Shown: positions 1-8,691, numbered from the stretch's first letter. The stretch: 64,000 nucleotides of DNA from Acidobacteriota bacterium (GCA_019510095.1 JAEKLB010000021.1:872-64871), one strand, 5' to 3'. The notes: generated by a model not told the origin, from the letters alone. Numbers and translations are program-made.

Positions 1-11
1 CTTGCCCGCTG

Positions 12-2387
12 GTGGAGCTGGATGAGCTGGTCGTGTCGTTGGCCGGCGACGGCCGGCTGGTGCACCTCGAGCGACTCCCCGCCCGCCCCGCCCGCTACGG
101 CGAGCTGAACCGGCCGCTGCCCCCCGCCATCGCCGAGCGGCTGCCGGTCGACCGGCTGTGGTCGCACCAGGCCGAGGCCATCGACCTCCTCCGCACCGGG
201 CAGTCGGTCGCCATCGCCACCGGCACGGCCTCCGGCAAGTCGCTCTGCTACCAGGTGCCGATCGCCGAGGCGGCGGGGGCCGACCAGCCCGGTACCGCGC
301 TGTTGCTCTTCCCCACCAAGGCCTTGGCCCAGGACCAGCTCCGCGCCATCGGTCGTCTCGACATGCCGGGCCTGGTTCCCGCCTGCTACGACGGCGACAC
401 CGATCCGGACGAGCGGGCGTGGGTCCGGCGCCACGCCACCGCCGTGCTGACCAATCCCGACATGCTCCATGTCGGCCTCCTTCCCCATCACGCCCGGTGG
501 GCCACGTTCCTGATGCGGCTGCAGTACGTCGTGGTCGACGAGCTCCATGTCATGCGAGGGATCTTCGGCACCCATGTCGGCCACGTGCTCCGCCGCCTCC
601 GCCGGCTGTGCGCCCACTACGGCTCCGACCCCGCGTTCGTGTTCTGCTCGGCCACCATCGGCCGACCGGCGTCGCTGGCCAGCGCGCTGTGCGGGCTCGA
701 CGTGGTGCCGGTGGTGGATGACGGCTCGCCCCGCGGCGAACGGCTCATGGCGTTGTGGAACCCACCGTTGCTCGACCAGCAGACCGGCGCCCGGGCATCG
801 GCCAACGTCGAGACGGCGACGCTGCTGGCCGGGCTGGTCGCCGACGACCGGCGCACGATCGCGTTCTGCCGCAGCCGCAAGGGCACCGAGCTGGTGGCGG
901 GCGACACCCGGCGGCGCCTACCCGAAGGCACCCGTCAACTGGTGCGCCCCTACCGCGGTGGGTACCTCTCCGAGGAGCGGCGGGAGATCGAGCGCGAGCT
1001 GTTCGACGGGCGCCTGCGCGGCGTCGTCGCGACCAGCGCGCTCGAGCTCGGCATCGACATCGGCACGCTCGACGCCTGCGTGCTCGACGGCTTCCCCGGG
1101 ACGATCGCGTCGATGTGGCAACAAGCGGGCAGGGCGGGGCGGGCGCAGCAGCGGTCGCTGGCCGTCCTGATCGCCGGCGAGGACCAGCTCGACCAGTGGC
1201 TCATGGCCCATCCCTCCGAGGTGTTCACCCGGGAGCCGGAGCAGGCGGTGATCAACCCGTCGAACCCGTCGGTGCTGCTGCCCCATCTGGCCTGTGCGGC
1301 CTATGAGCTGCCACTCAGTCCCCATGACGAGCACTGGTGGGGCGAGCTGCTCGACGACGGTGTGCGGCAACTGGTGGAGTCCGACTGCCTCACCGTGCGC
1401 GACGGTCGGGCCTACTGGTCGGGTCGCGGTGCGCCGGCGTGGACCGTGGGGCTGCGCACCGGCTCGTCGGTGGAGTACCGCATCGCCCTGGCCGATGGAC
1501 GGCTGGTCGGCACCGTCGACGAGTCGCGCGCCTTCGGGTCGGTGCACCCCGGCGCCATCTACCTCCACCAGGGCCAGGCCTATTCGGTGGTCGACCTCGA
1601 CGTCGAGGACCACACCGCATGGGTCGAGCCGACCGACGGCGGCGAGCTCACCCAGGTCAGGTCGGAGACCGACATCCGCATCCTCGAGGACGAGGCGTGC
1701 CGGCGGATCGGGCCGATCGAGCTCCACCTCGGCGCGGTCGAGGTCAGCGAGCAGGTCGTCGGCTACCAACGCAAGGAGGTGGCGACCGGTGAGGTGCTCG
1801 GCAGCGAGGACCTCGACCTGCCGGCGACCCGGTTGGTCACGCGGGCGTTCTGGTTCGTGATCGACCCGAAGGTGCTCCTGCGCGCCAACATCGACCCGGC
1901 CGCGTGGCCCGGCACCCTGCACGCCGCCGAGCACGCCGGCATCGGCGTGCTGCCACTGTTCACCATCTGCGACCGCTGGGACGTCGGCGGTGTGTCGACG
2001 GCGTTGCAGGCCGACACCGGCAAGCCGACGATCGTGATCTACGACGGCTACCCGGGCGGGGCGGGCATCGCCGAGCTCGGCTTCGAGTCAGGCGAGCGCC
2101 TGCTTCGTACGACGCTCGAGGTCATCGACGGCTGCCCGTGCACGGCCGGCTGCCCGTCGTGCGTCCAGTCACCGAAGTGCGGCAACCTCAACGAGCCCCT
2201 CGACAAGGCCGGCGCCGCCGCCCTGCTACGCCTCGTCCTCGGCCCCACGTCCGAACCCGCGACGGATCGACGGCAGATCCGCCGCGAATCCGTCGCGGGT
2301 TCGGGGCAGTCGTCGGGTCAGTCGTCGACCGGGAACATGGGCGCCCACGCGATCTCCCAGCGGGTGCCCTCGGGGTCGGCGACGTAG
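12..2387 (+). CDS. SF2 DEAD/DEAH-box helicase with C-terminal four-Cys DUF1998/MrfA-type domain (SftH/MrfA-like)
   Basis: 791-aa ORF. Walker A 'GTASGKS', DExH 'VVDELH', 'QQAGRAGR', C-terminal 'CPCTAGCPSCVQSPKCGN'. GTG at 12; the true start could lie upstream of the window. Confidence 0.85.
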   Translation: MELDELVVSLAGDGRLVHLERLPARPARYGELNRPLPPAIAERLPVDRLWSHQAEAIDLLRTGQSVAIATGTASGKSLCYQVPIAEAAGADQPGTALLLFPTKALAQDQLRAIGRLDMPGLVPACYDGDTDPDERAWVRRHATAVLTNPDMLHVGLLPHHARWATFLMRLQYVVVDELHVMRGIFGTHVGHVLRRLRRLCAHYGSDPAFVFCSATIGRPASLASALCGLDVVPVVDDGSPRGERLMALWNPPLLDQQTGARASANVETATLLAGLVADDRRTIAFCRSRKGTELVAGDTRRRLPEGTRQLVRPYRGGYLSEERREIERELFDGRLRGVVATSALELGIDIGTLDACVLDGFPGTIASMWQQAGRAGRAQQRSLAVLIAGEDQLDQWLMAHPSEVFTREPEQAVINPSNPSVLLPHLACAAYELPLSPHDEHWWGELLDDGVRQLVESDCLTVRDGRAYWSGRGAPAWTVGLRTGSSVEYRIALADGRLVGTVDESRAFGSVHPGAIYLHQGQAYSVVDLDVEDHTAWVEPTDGGELTQVRSETDIRILEDEACRRIGPIELHLGAVEVSEQVVGYQRKEVATGEVLGSEDLDLPATRLVTRAFWFVIDPKVLLRANIDPAAWPGTLHAAEHAGIGVLPLFTICDRWDVGGVSTALQADTGKPTIVIYDGYPGGAGIAELGFESGERLLRTTLEVIDGCPCTAGCPSCVQSPKCGNLNEPLDKAGAAALLRLVLGPTSEPATDRRQIRRESVAGSGQSSGQSSTGNMGAHAISQRVPSGSAT

Positions 2388-2728
2388 CCGGAGCGACCGC
2401 CCCAGTCCCAGTCCCGGGGGCGGTTGATCATCGTCGCACCCGCCTCGAGGGCGCTGTCGAAGACGGTGTCGACCTCATCACGGGTGGCGACGTTGATGGC
2501 GAGGGTGATGCCGTTCCACCCGCGACCCGGGAGCGGCTCGCTGGGCGCCGCCTCGTCGCGGAGTGACTCGATGTCCCACAGGCCCAGGCGCACGCCGCCC
2601 AGGTCGAAGAAGGTGATCTCGTCGCTGCTGTTGGGCAGCGGTTTCCAACCCCAGCCGGTGTAGAAGTCGTGCAGCGTCCGCAGGTGGCGGGCGCCGATCG
2701 TGACGAAGGTCAGGCGCTGGGGGACCAC
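2318..2728 (-). CDS. VOC / glyoxalase-bleomycin-resistance family protein
   Basis: 136-aa ORF with sensible composition, about the size of a single VOC-family protein. Family assignment is by eye only. Confidence 0.7.
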   Translation of the reverse strand: MVPQRLTFVTIGARHLRTLHDFYTGWGWKPLPNSSDEITFFDLGGVRLGLWDIESLRDEAAPSEPLPGRGWNGITLAINVATRDEVDTVFDSALEAGATMINRPRDWDWGGRSGYVADPEGTRWEIAWAPMFPVDD

Positions 2729-2737
2729 TCCTCCTTC

Positions 2738-3856
2738 CTAGTCCTTTGCGGCCGCCACCACGAAGCGGAGAAGCCCGGCGCCGACCAACGTGACGAGGCC
2801 GGCGGCGAGCAGGCCGAGGGCCTGGCGATCGGGTGAGCCCTCGTCGCCTTCGAGCCGGGCAATCACGCTGCCCTCGCTCGGCAACCCGGTCGTCGGCGGC
2901 ACCCGGAACGGCAACAGCTCGCGGTAGCCGGCATCGGTGGTGCTAGGAACCTTCGCGGAGGCCGAGCCCGCGCCGGGCGTCGGCGAGCGGCGCGGCCTCG
3001 TCGACGTTTCACCGGTGCCGTTCCGATCGCCAGCGGCAACCGCGGTCGGGGTGGAGGGTCCGGGGACGGTGACCTCGACCGCCGCGGGAGCCGCCGAGTA
3101 CACGACCGTCCCGGGCTCGGGACCAGAGCGGGCTGCCACCACCTCGTAGCGGTAGGCCGCCCCCGGGGTGACCGCCTCGTCGAGGAAGCTCGACTGGCCG
3201 GCGACGACGTCGGCGATCGGCCCGGCCTGGCCGGTGCCGTCGGCCCGGCGGATCTGGTAGCCCTCGAAGTCGGGCGGTCGCGGGCTGACCATCGCCCAGT
3301 TGAGGCGAACCGCCGGTTGGGTGTCGTCGATGGCCTCGGCCGTGAGGTAACCGACGTCGGCCGGCGGGATGGCCACCACCACGCGCATGTCGAGCCGGAG
3401 TGGGTTCGATGGTCCGTGCGTCAACGGTCGCCGCGGGTTGACCGTCGCCCGCACCAGGTACCGGCGATTGCACGGGAACGTGGCGTCGAAGCTGAAGGCG
3501 GCGTGGTTGGCGCCGCCGAAGGGCAACACCGCGCTCGGAGCCGACTGCCACGCGGAGCACGGATCGCTCGGTGACGTCGCCGCATCCTCGACGAGGGCAA
3601 AGCTGACGTTGTCGATGCCGGCGGAGTGGTCGGCAATGCCCGACAGCTTCTGGGCCTTGGCCAGGTAGCCGATCGGCACGCTGTCGCCGCTCGCGGTCTG
3701 GGGGGCCGGGTCGGTCCACGCGCCGGTCGGATCGTCGGCCATGGCCATGCCGCCGAAGACGACGGTGAAGCCGACGAACGCCACGACCGCCAGCCCCACC
3801 CGTTCTTTGGCGACTCGTGGTCGCCAGTGAGGCACCACTCGCCGGAGAACGGGCAT
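2738..3856 (-). CDS. Secreted surface protein: signal peptide, Cys-pair Ig-like domain, fibronectin type III domain, P/S/T linker, C-terminal hydrophobic helix plus charged tail
   Basis: ATG at 3856 shares one nt with the sortase stop (TGATG). Signal 'KERVGLAVVAFVGFTVVFGGMAMA/DD'. FN3-like 'PAVRLNWAMV...YRYEVVA'. C-terminus '...VPPTTGLPSEG...ALGLLAAGLVTLVGAGLLRFVVAAAKD'. The longer 468-aa ORF extension is Arg/His-rich and overlaps the sortase. Confidence 0.7.
   Translation of the reverse strand: MPVLRRVVPHWRPRVAKERVGLAVVAFVGFTVVFGGMAMADDPTGAWTDPAPQTASGDSVPIGYLAKAQKLSGIADHSAGIDNVSFALVEDAATSPSDPCSAWQSAPSAVLPFGGANHAAFSFDATFPCNRRYLVRATVNPRRPLTHGPSNPLRLDMRVVVAIPPADVGYLTAEAIDDTQPAVRLNWAMVSPRPPDFEGYQIRRADGTGQAGPIADVVAGQSSFLDEAVTPGAAYRYEVVAARSGPEPGTVVYSAAPAAVEVTVPGPSTPTAVAAGDRNGTGETSTRPRRSPTPGAGSASAKVPSTTDAGYRELLPFRVPPTTGLPSEGSVIARLEGDEGSPDRQALGLLAAGLVTLVGAGLLRFVVAAAKD
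3799..3853. repeat. REP-like palindromic element, copy 1 (diverged right arm)
   Basis: Left arm CGTTCTTTGGCGACTCGT is identical to the copies at 33050 and 40866. Right arm is ACTCGCCGGAGAACG. Lies across the sortase stop / FN3 start junction. Confidence 0.6.
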
Positions 3857-4527
3857 CAAGCCGGCGCGGGCTGGCCGACGAGGCGGGCCTTGATGATGAG
3901 CCGCTGCCTGGCCGAGCCCTTGGGGTGACAGGTGGTGAGCGTGAGCATCGCGTCGTGCGTGTTGGCCACCACGGACGTGTCGAACGGGCTCGTCGCAAAG
4001 GGGGCCTGGTCGACCCGGTAGGTGCACTGGCCGACCGGCGTCTGCAGCGTGATGGTGTCGCCCGGCTGCAGCAGATCGACATGGTTGAACGGGCGGCCGT
4101 AGGTGGTGCGGTGGCCGGCGATGCCGACGTTGCCCGCCTCGCACGGCAGCGGTGTGTTGACGTAGTGACCAGCGCCGGCGCGCAGCGCGCTCGCCGTGGT
4201 TCCCTCTACCACGACGACGTCGAGGTCGATGGCGGGAATGCGAAGCCGAGTCAGGGCGTCACCCGTGCCGAGCGTTCCCGACCGATAGGCCTCCTCCAGG
4301 CCCGGGCTGGCGAGCTGATGGCCCAGCTTTCGTTGCAGCCGGTCCTGGTAGAGGTTGGTGTAGAAGGGATAGCCGAGCAGGCCCACGGCGGCGAGCAACA
4401 GCCCGACCGACAGAGCCGACAGCAGTCGACGGACCCACGGGCGCCGCCGCAGGAAGGCCACGACGCGACCCAAGGGGTCGCTGCCCGCCTTCACCATCAC
4501 GTCGGTCGCCCCGCCTTCCTCAGCCAT
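3856..4527 (-). CDS. Sortase (actinobacterial class E/F-like), N-terminal membrane anchor
   Basis: Catalytic motifs 'IAGHRTTYG', 'TLTTCHP' and a downstream Arg ('RLIIKARL'). TM 'LLSALSVGLLLAAVGLLGY'. ATG at 4527. Confidence 0.85.
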   Translation of the reverse strand: MAEEGGATDVMVKAGSDPLGRVVAFLRRRPWVRRLLSALSVGLLLAAVGLLGYPFYTNLYQDRLQRKLGHQLASPGLEEAYRSGTLGTGDALTRLRIPAIDLDVVVVEGTTASALRAGAGHYVNTPLPCEAGNVGIAGHRTTYGRPFNHVDLLQPGDTITLQTPVGQCTYRVDQAPFATSPFDTSVVANTHDAMLTLTTCHPKGSARQRLIIKARLVGQPAPA

Positions 4528-4549
4528 GGCGGGCTCAGGGTAGGCGCCG

Positions 4550-4930
4550 CTACTGCTCCACCCGCATGGTGGCCATGGCAGTGAGTCGGATGGAGCCGAC
4601 CAGCGCGCCGACCACCGGGACATCGGTGGGCGCGTCATAGCGGATGGTCACCCGCACCCGGCCGCCTGGTTGGCCCCGTTCCGCGATCGCCACCGACAGC
4701 TGCGAGGCATCGAGGCCGGAGCTCCGCCGGGCGGCCCCGGCGGCCGCCGACGGGTCGTCGTCGACGGCTGCCTGCCGCACTGCCTCCCGGGCGGCGTGAG
4801 TGACCAACACCTGGTCGCGGACCAGCAGTCCGACCTGGAGAAGGAGCAACGCCAGGAAGACGAGCACCGGGAGCGACAGGGCGAGCTCGACGGAGCTCTG
4901 CCCTGCCTCCCCCCGGAGGCCCTGTCTCAC
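4550..4930 (-). CDS. tadE: TadE-like pseudopilin / pilus assembly protein
   Basis: N-terminal 'GQSSVELALSLPVLVFLALLLL' (TadE motif). GTG at 4930 overlaps the flp stop (GTGA). Confidence 0.7.
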   Translation of the reverse strand: MRQGLRGEAGQSSVELALSLPVLVFLALLLLQVGLLVRDQVLVTHAAREAVRQAAVDDDPSAAAGAARRSSGLDASQLSVAIAERGQPGGRVRVTIRYDAPTDVPVVGALVGSIRLTAMATMRVEQ

Positions 4931-5151
4931 CCCTTGGCCTTGTCGATGGCGCTGTCGAACATGACGTCGAGGAGGTGGGCGACCTTGTCGGTGTCGCCGG
5001 CCCACGCCCCGATGAGCAAGGCGATGGCGGCGGCCCCCAGGAGGACGAGGGCGTACTCGACGGAGGTCTGACCGCCGTCGCCGGCAAGGCGACCGCGGAT
5101 GCGACCAACGCTGATGAGCACAACGTGAGCGGAGTGAGCAAGAACAGCCAT
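4927..5151 (-). CDS. flp: Flp/Fap-family type IVc prepilin
   Basis: 'G/QTSVEYALVLLGAAAIALLIG' matches the G/XXXXEY Flp processing motif. ATG 5151 is preceded by GAAGGGA at 6-nt spacing. Confidence 0.7.
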   Translation of the reverse strand: MAVLAHSAHVVLISVGRIRGRLAGDGGQTSVEYALVLLGAAAIALLIGAWAGDTDKVAHLLDVMFDSAIDKAKG

Positions 5152-5176
5152 GGAACATCCCTTCACGGAACCGGAG

Positions 5177-5875
5177 TCAGAGGCGCAGCGACCCGAACGA
5201 GCCAGCCAGGAGTGGCGCGACGGTGAGCAGCGCGAACGCAGGGAGCACGCAGCACACGAGGGGGAAGAGCAACTTCACCGGCACCCGTCGAGCCCGCTCC
5301 TCCGCTCGGCGGCGGCGGTCGGCGCGGACATCGGCAGCAAGTCGATCGAGGCCATCGCCGAGGGGGGCGCCATAACGCTCGCTGGCCACCAGGGCGGCCA
5401 CGAGCGGGCGAACCTGCTCGCCGAGCAGACCCGGCAACTCCTCGAGGGCGTCGGCGCACCGGCGGCCGAGGGCGATCTCGTGCGCGACCTGGCCCAGCGC
5501 GGCGGCGACCACCCCATCGGCCCGTCGGCCGACCGCCTCGACGGCAGCGGGCACGGTGCGACCGGCACTCACCGCCAACCCGAACAGGTCGACCACCTCG
5601 GCCAAGCCGTCAGCCACCGCCGCCCCGTCGATCTGGCCCTGGGCGCGGTGGCGGCGCGCGAGGAGCAGCCACACGACCGCGGTCACCAGCGGCCCGGCGA
5701 TCGGGGAGACGACGAGCGCGGCTGCTACGCCAGCAGCCACGGCGCCCGCGATGCGCGCCTGCCGGGTGTCGATGGCCAACCGGCGACGGAAGGCAACGAC
5801 CGGGGCGGCCGGCCGTGTGCTCCAGCCCCACCACAGCACATGGGCGACCCACAGCCAGCCCAGCGCGACGCTCAC
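5177..5875 (-). CDS. tadC: TadC-like type II secretion system F-domain membrane protein
   Basis: T2SS-F-like domain ('ALEELPGLLGEQVRPLVAALVASERYGAPLGDGLDRLA') followed by C-terminal TMs. GTG 5875 overlaps the tadB stop (GTGA). Alternative ATG at 5947. Confidence 0.75.
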   Translation of the reverse strand: MSVALGWLWVAHVLWWGWSTRPAAPVVAFRRRLAIDTRQARIAGAVAAGVAAALVVSPIAGPLVTAVVWLLLARRHRAQGQIDGAAVADGLAEVVDLFGLAVSAGRTVPAAVEAVGRRADGVVAAALGQVAHEIALGRRCADALEELPGLLGEQVRPLVAALVASERYGAPLGDGLDRLAADVRADRRRRAEERARRVPVKLLFPLVCCVLPAFALLTVAPLLAGSFGSLRL

Positions 5876-6774
5876 GAGCCCGACCGGGTGATGCAATGCA
5901 TCCACCAGGCCCCGACCGCGTCGAGGACGATGCCGCAAGCGACGCACGACACCCCTACGCGGGTGCGGAGCAGGAAGTCGGCGGTGCGTGCGTCAGCACC
6001 GGCCGCCACGATTCCGAAGCCGATGGGCGCGAGGGCGATCACGATCCCGGAGTACCTCGCCTGCGACGACAGCGAGCGCACCTCGGCCGCCACCGCCAGG
6101 TTGGCCCGCAACGACGTGGCCACACCGTCGATCGGTCGGGCGGCGGTGCCGCCCGCGTCGGCCGCCATGCCGAGCGCGGCCACCGCCAACCGCACGGGCG
6201 GGCGGGGCTGGCGCTGGCGCCACTCCTCGAGGGCGCCGCCGAGCGACACCCCGCTCGCCGCCGTCGTGGCCAGCCGGCGTAGCTCACCGGCCAGCAGCGG
6301 CGGCGCCGAGCTCGCTGCCTCGGCGATCGCCTGCACGAGCGATGCACCGGCCCGTAGCGACCGCGCAACACCGTCGAGGGCATCGGGGAGGCCGGCGTCG
6401 GCAAGGCGGGCGGCCCGATCCCGCGTGGCAACGAGGGCGACGCCGGGAAGCACCGCTGTCGCCGCCACCAGAAGGGCAGCAAGAGTGAGGCCGCCGGCCG
6501 CCACCCCGAGCACCGCCGCCCCGCCGACCAGCGACCGCCACAGCAGCCAGCAACGATCGGCGGGCCACGGCAGGCCAGACGCGACGAAGGCAGCCGTCAG
6601 CCGAGGTGGTACCGAGGGCGGCCGGGGGGCGACCCCGCCGACGATTCGCCGCCGGACCCGCCAGCGGGCCGGCGCGACGGCAAGGTCGCCGACCGCCCTG
6701 CCCCCGACGGCCGCGGCAAGAGCGACGGTGACCAGCAACGCCGGGGGGCTCAGCCAGACCATGGGGATCCCCAT
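5872..6774 (-). CDS. tadB: TadB-like type II secretion system F-domain membrane protein
   Basis: T2SS-F-like domain ('LPDALDGVARSLRAGASLVQAI...') and terminal TMs. ATG 6774 (or 6762) overlaps the tadA 3' end. Confidence 0.75.
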   Translation of the reverse strand: MGIPMVWLSPPALLVTVALAAAVGGRAVGDLAVAPARWRVRRRIVGGVAPRPPSVPPRLTAAFVASGLPWPADRCWLLWRSLVGGAAVLGVAAGGLTLAALLVAATAVLPGVALVATRDRAARLADAGLPDALDGVARSLRAGASLVQAIAEAASSAPPLLAGELRRLATTAASGVSLGGALEEWRQRQPRPPVRLAVAALGMAADAGGTAARPIDGVATSLRANLAVAAEVRSLSSQARYSGIVIALAPIGFGIVAAGADARTADFLLRTRVGVSCVACGIVLDAVGAWWMHCITRSGS

Positions 6775-7913
6775 CGCGGCGGGCGCGCCGGCCGTTCGAG
6801 CACGCCCTCGCCATCGGCGACCCGCCGAGTGCGTAGGGGCCCGGCCTCGTCGCCGAGCACGACCACCTCGTCGACAGCGACGATTCGCCGTGATCCATCG
6901 GGGCGGCGAGCGATGTGCACGACGAGGTCGACCGACGCGCCGATCTGCTCGCGCACGGCAGCAAGGGGCAGGTTGACGTCGCCGATGAGCACCATGGTCT
7001 CCAACCGGCGCAGCGCGTCGACCGGGGAGTTGGCATGACACGTCGAGAGCGACCCTTCATGCCCGCTGTTCATGGCCTGCAACATGTCGAGCGCTTCGCC
7101 ACCCCGGCACTCCCCGACGACGATGCGGTCGGGACGCATGCGCAAGGCGTTGCGCACCAGGTCTCGCACGCGCACCGCGCCAGCGCCGTCCGCGTTGGCC
7201 GGGCGGGCCTCGAGCCGGACGACATGGGCCAGCGGCAGGCGGAGCTCGGCCGCGTCCTCGACAGTGACAACGCGCTCCTGCACCGGGATGCAGGCAGCCA
7301 GGGCGTTGAGCAGCGTCGTCTTGCCGGCGCCGGTGCCGCCGGACACGACGAGGTTGCAACGGGAGGCAACCGCCCACGCCAAGAAGGCGGACACCTCGGG
7401 CGAACACATGCGATCGAGGCCGACAGACGTGGCCGCGAACCGGCGAACGGTGAGATACGGGCCATCGACCGCCAGTGGTGGCATCACCGCGTTGACCCGG
7501 GAGCCGTCCGGCAGCCGGGCATCGACGAGCGGTGACGTCCGATCGGCACGCAGGCCGAGAGGGCCCACCACTCGCTCCACCAAGAGCTCCACCGTCGCCA
7601 CGTCGAGCTCGACAGTCGTGCGCTCGACGCGCCCATGGCGCTCCACCCACACGGGGCCAGGCCCGTTGACCATGATCTCGGTCACCGCCGGATCGTCGAG
7701 CAGCGGCTCGAGCGGACCGAGCCCGAACGTGCGGGCGGCCACGCCGTCGACCACGGCCTCCAACGACGGGACGTCGAGCAGCGGCGCCTCCCGCATGGCT
7801 GCCGCCTCGATCAGCGAGCGCACGGTCGGCTCGTCGGTCGGTCGATCTCGGACGACGACGGCGTGGACCCGCTCGGCCAGGTCGGCGAGCCCGACAGCCC
7901 GGCCTGTGCTCAC
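6750..7913 (-). CDS. tadA: TadA/CpaF pilus assembly ATPase
   Basis: Walker A 'GGTGAGKTTLLNAL', 'VTVEDAAEL', 'IVVGECRGGEALDMLQAMNSGHEGSLSTCHAN'. GTG 7913 overlaps the tadZ stop (GTGA). Confidence 0.9.
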   Translation of the reverse strand: MSTGRAVGLADLAERVHAVVVRDRPTDEPTVRSLIEAAAMREAPLLDVPSLEAVVDGVAARTFGLGPLEPLLDDPAVTEIMVNGPGPVWVERHGRVERTTVELDVATVELLVERVVGPLGLRADRTSPLVDARLPDGSRVNAVMPPLAVDGPYLTVRRFAATSVGLDRMCSPEVSAFLAWAVASRCNLVVSGGTGAGKTTLLNALAACIPVQERVVTVEDAAELRLPLAHVVRLEARPANADGAGAVRVRDLVRNALRMRPDRIVVGECRGGEALDMLQAMNSGHEGSLSTCHANSPVDALRRLETMVLIGDVNLPLAAVREQIGASVDLVVHIARRPDGSRRIVAVDEVVVLGDEAGPLRTRRVADGEGVLERPARPPRWGSPWSG

Positions 7914-8560
7914 GCCGCCTTCCTCAACGCCCGGGCCAGCCCACCGGGCAACCGGCCGGCGAGCAACCCGCCATCGGCCGCGCGGGCGATGCTGCGGGCC
8001 CAGGGCACGATGGCCCTGATGGGGACACCCAGCGCCGCCTCGATGTCGTCGGGGCCAAGGGCCCGGCCGTCCTCGTCGATGAGCACCACACCCGAGGGCC
8101 GCAACGGCGACCGCTGGGCCCGGCGCAAGGCCAGCGCGCACGGCCTGAGCACGAGGAGCGAGTGGGCCGCGGCAGCGGCAACCGCCAACCGGTGGCCCAC
8201 CGGTTGCGAGCCGCAGTCGACGACGACCGGCCGGGGATCAGCGGCGAGCAGGGCGGCGAGCACGTCGCCCCGACCCTCGACCGCCCACTGACCCGGTGCA
8301 CCAGCCGGCAGGAGGGCCAGCCCGGCCGTGACCCGGACCTCGAGTCGCCCGAGGGCATCCGGCGGCACACCCTCCCCCGCCGCCAGCCACTCGGCGATCC
8401 CCGGGCCGTCGGGCTCCGGCAGGCCGAGCACGCCCGGCAGATCGCCGTCGAGGTCGACGACCAGGGCAGCGCCCTGGGCCCGGGCGAGCAACGTGGCCAG
8501 GGCAGCGGCCACGACGGTGGTGCCGCTCCCTCCCTTGGCGCCCCAGCAGGCGACGAGCAT
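7910..8560 (-). CDS. tadZ: TadZ/CpaE-like ParA/MinD-family ATPase (Ssd-like), short form
   Basis: Deviant Walker A 'WGAKGGSGTT' directly after ATG 8560. GGGGG lies 6 nt upstream. The ATG-8632 extension runs into the AT-rich promoter island. Confidence 0.7.
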   Translation of the reverse strand: MLVACWGAKGGSGTTVVAAALATLLARAQGAALVVDLDGDLPGVLGLPEPDGPGIAEWLAAGEGVPPDALGRLEVRVTAGLALLPAGAPGQWAVEGRGDVLAALLAADPRPVVVDCGSQPVGHRLAVAAAAAHSLLVLRPCALALRRAQRSPLRPSGVVLIDEDGRALGPDDIEAALGVPIRAIVPWARSIARAADGGLLAGRLPGGLARALRKAA

Positions 8561-8607
8561 GGCAACCCCCAGCACGGTGGAGTCGATCGCCGGGGAAGCG
8601 GACTGAC

Positions 8608-8637
8608 AACATAGAACATCATGAGATGACATGACAA
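8608..8637 (-). promoter_or_regulatory. Candidate sigma70-type promoter of the tad operon
   Basis: On the minus strand, TTGTCA (8637..8632), an 18-nt spacer, then TATGTT (8613..8608). Sits inside the only AT-rich island of the region (8601-8640, three TGACA motifs). Confidence 0.35.
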
Positions 8638-8691
8638 ATCAGGTCCGCCCGCGGACACTGTGCGCATTCGTACCGATACCGTCGGTCAACT

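Noticed and set aside
12-2387. DUF1998-containing helicase as part of a phage-defence system (DISARM/Druantia-like).
   Set aside because: The helicase and Cys domain are fused as in housekeeping SftH/MrfA-type repair helicases. There is no methyltransferase, PLD nuclease or other defence partner adjacent. The helicase-tad synteny matches what I recall for M. tuberculosis (Rv3649).
5150-6976. Very long alternative-frame or antisense ORFs (e.g. 5150-6976+, 13131-14231+, 36946-39102+, 43701-46001+, 55832-58462+, 29119-30870-).
   Set aside because: Their translations are Arg/Pro/Gly/Ala-rich and low in complexity, and they lie opposite or out of frame to genes with clear family signatures. This is the usual stop-codon scarcity artefact of very GC-rich DNA.
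7910-8632. Longer start choices for tadZ (ATG 8632) and for the FN3 protein (2738-4144 ORF).
   Set aside because: The tadZ extension is encoded by the AT-rich promoter island and precedes the Walker A motif with non-protein-like sequence. The FN3 extension is Arg/His-rich and fully overlaps the sortase gene.
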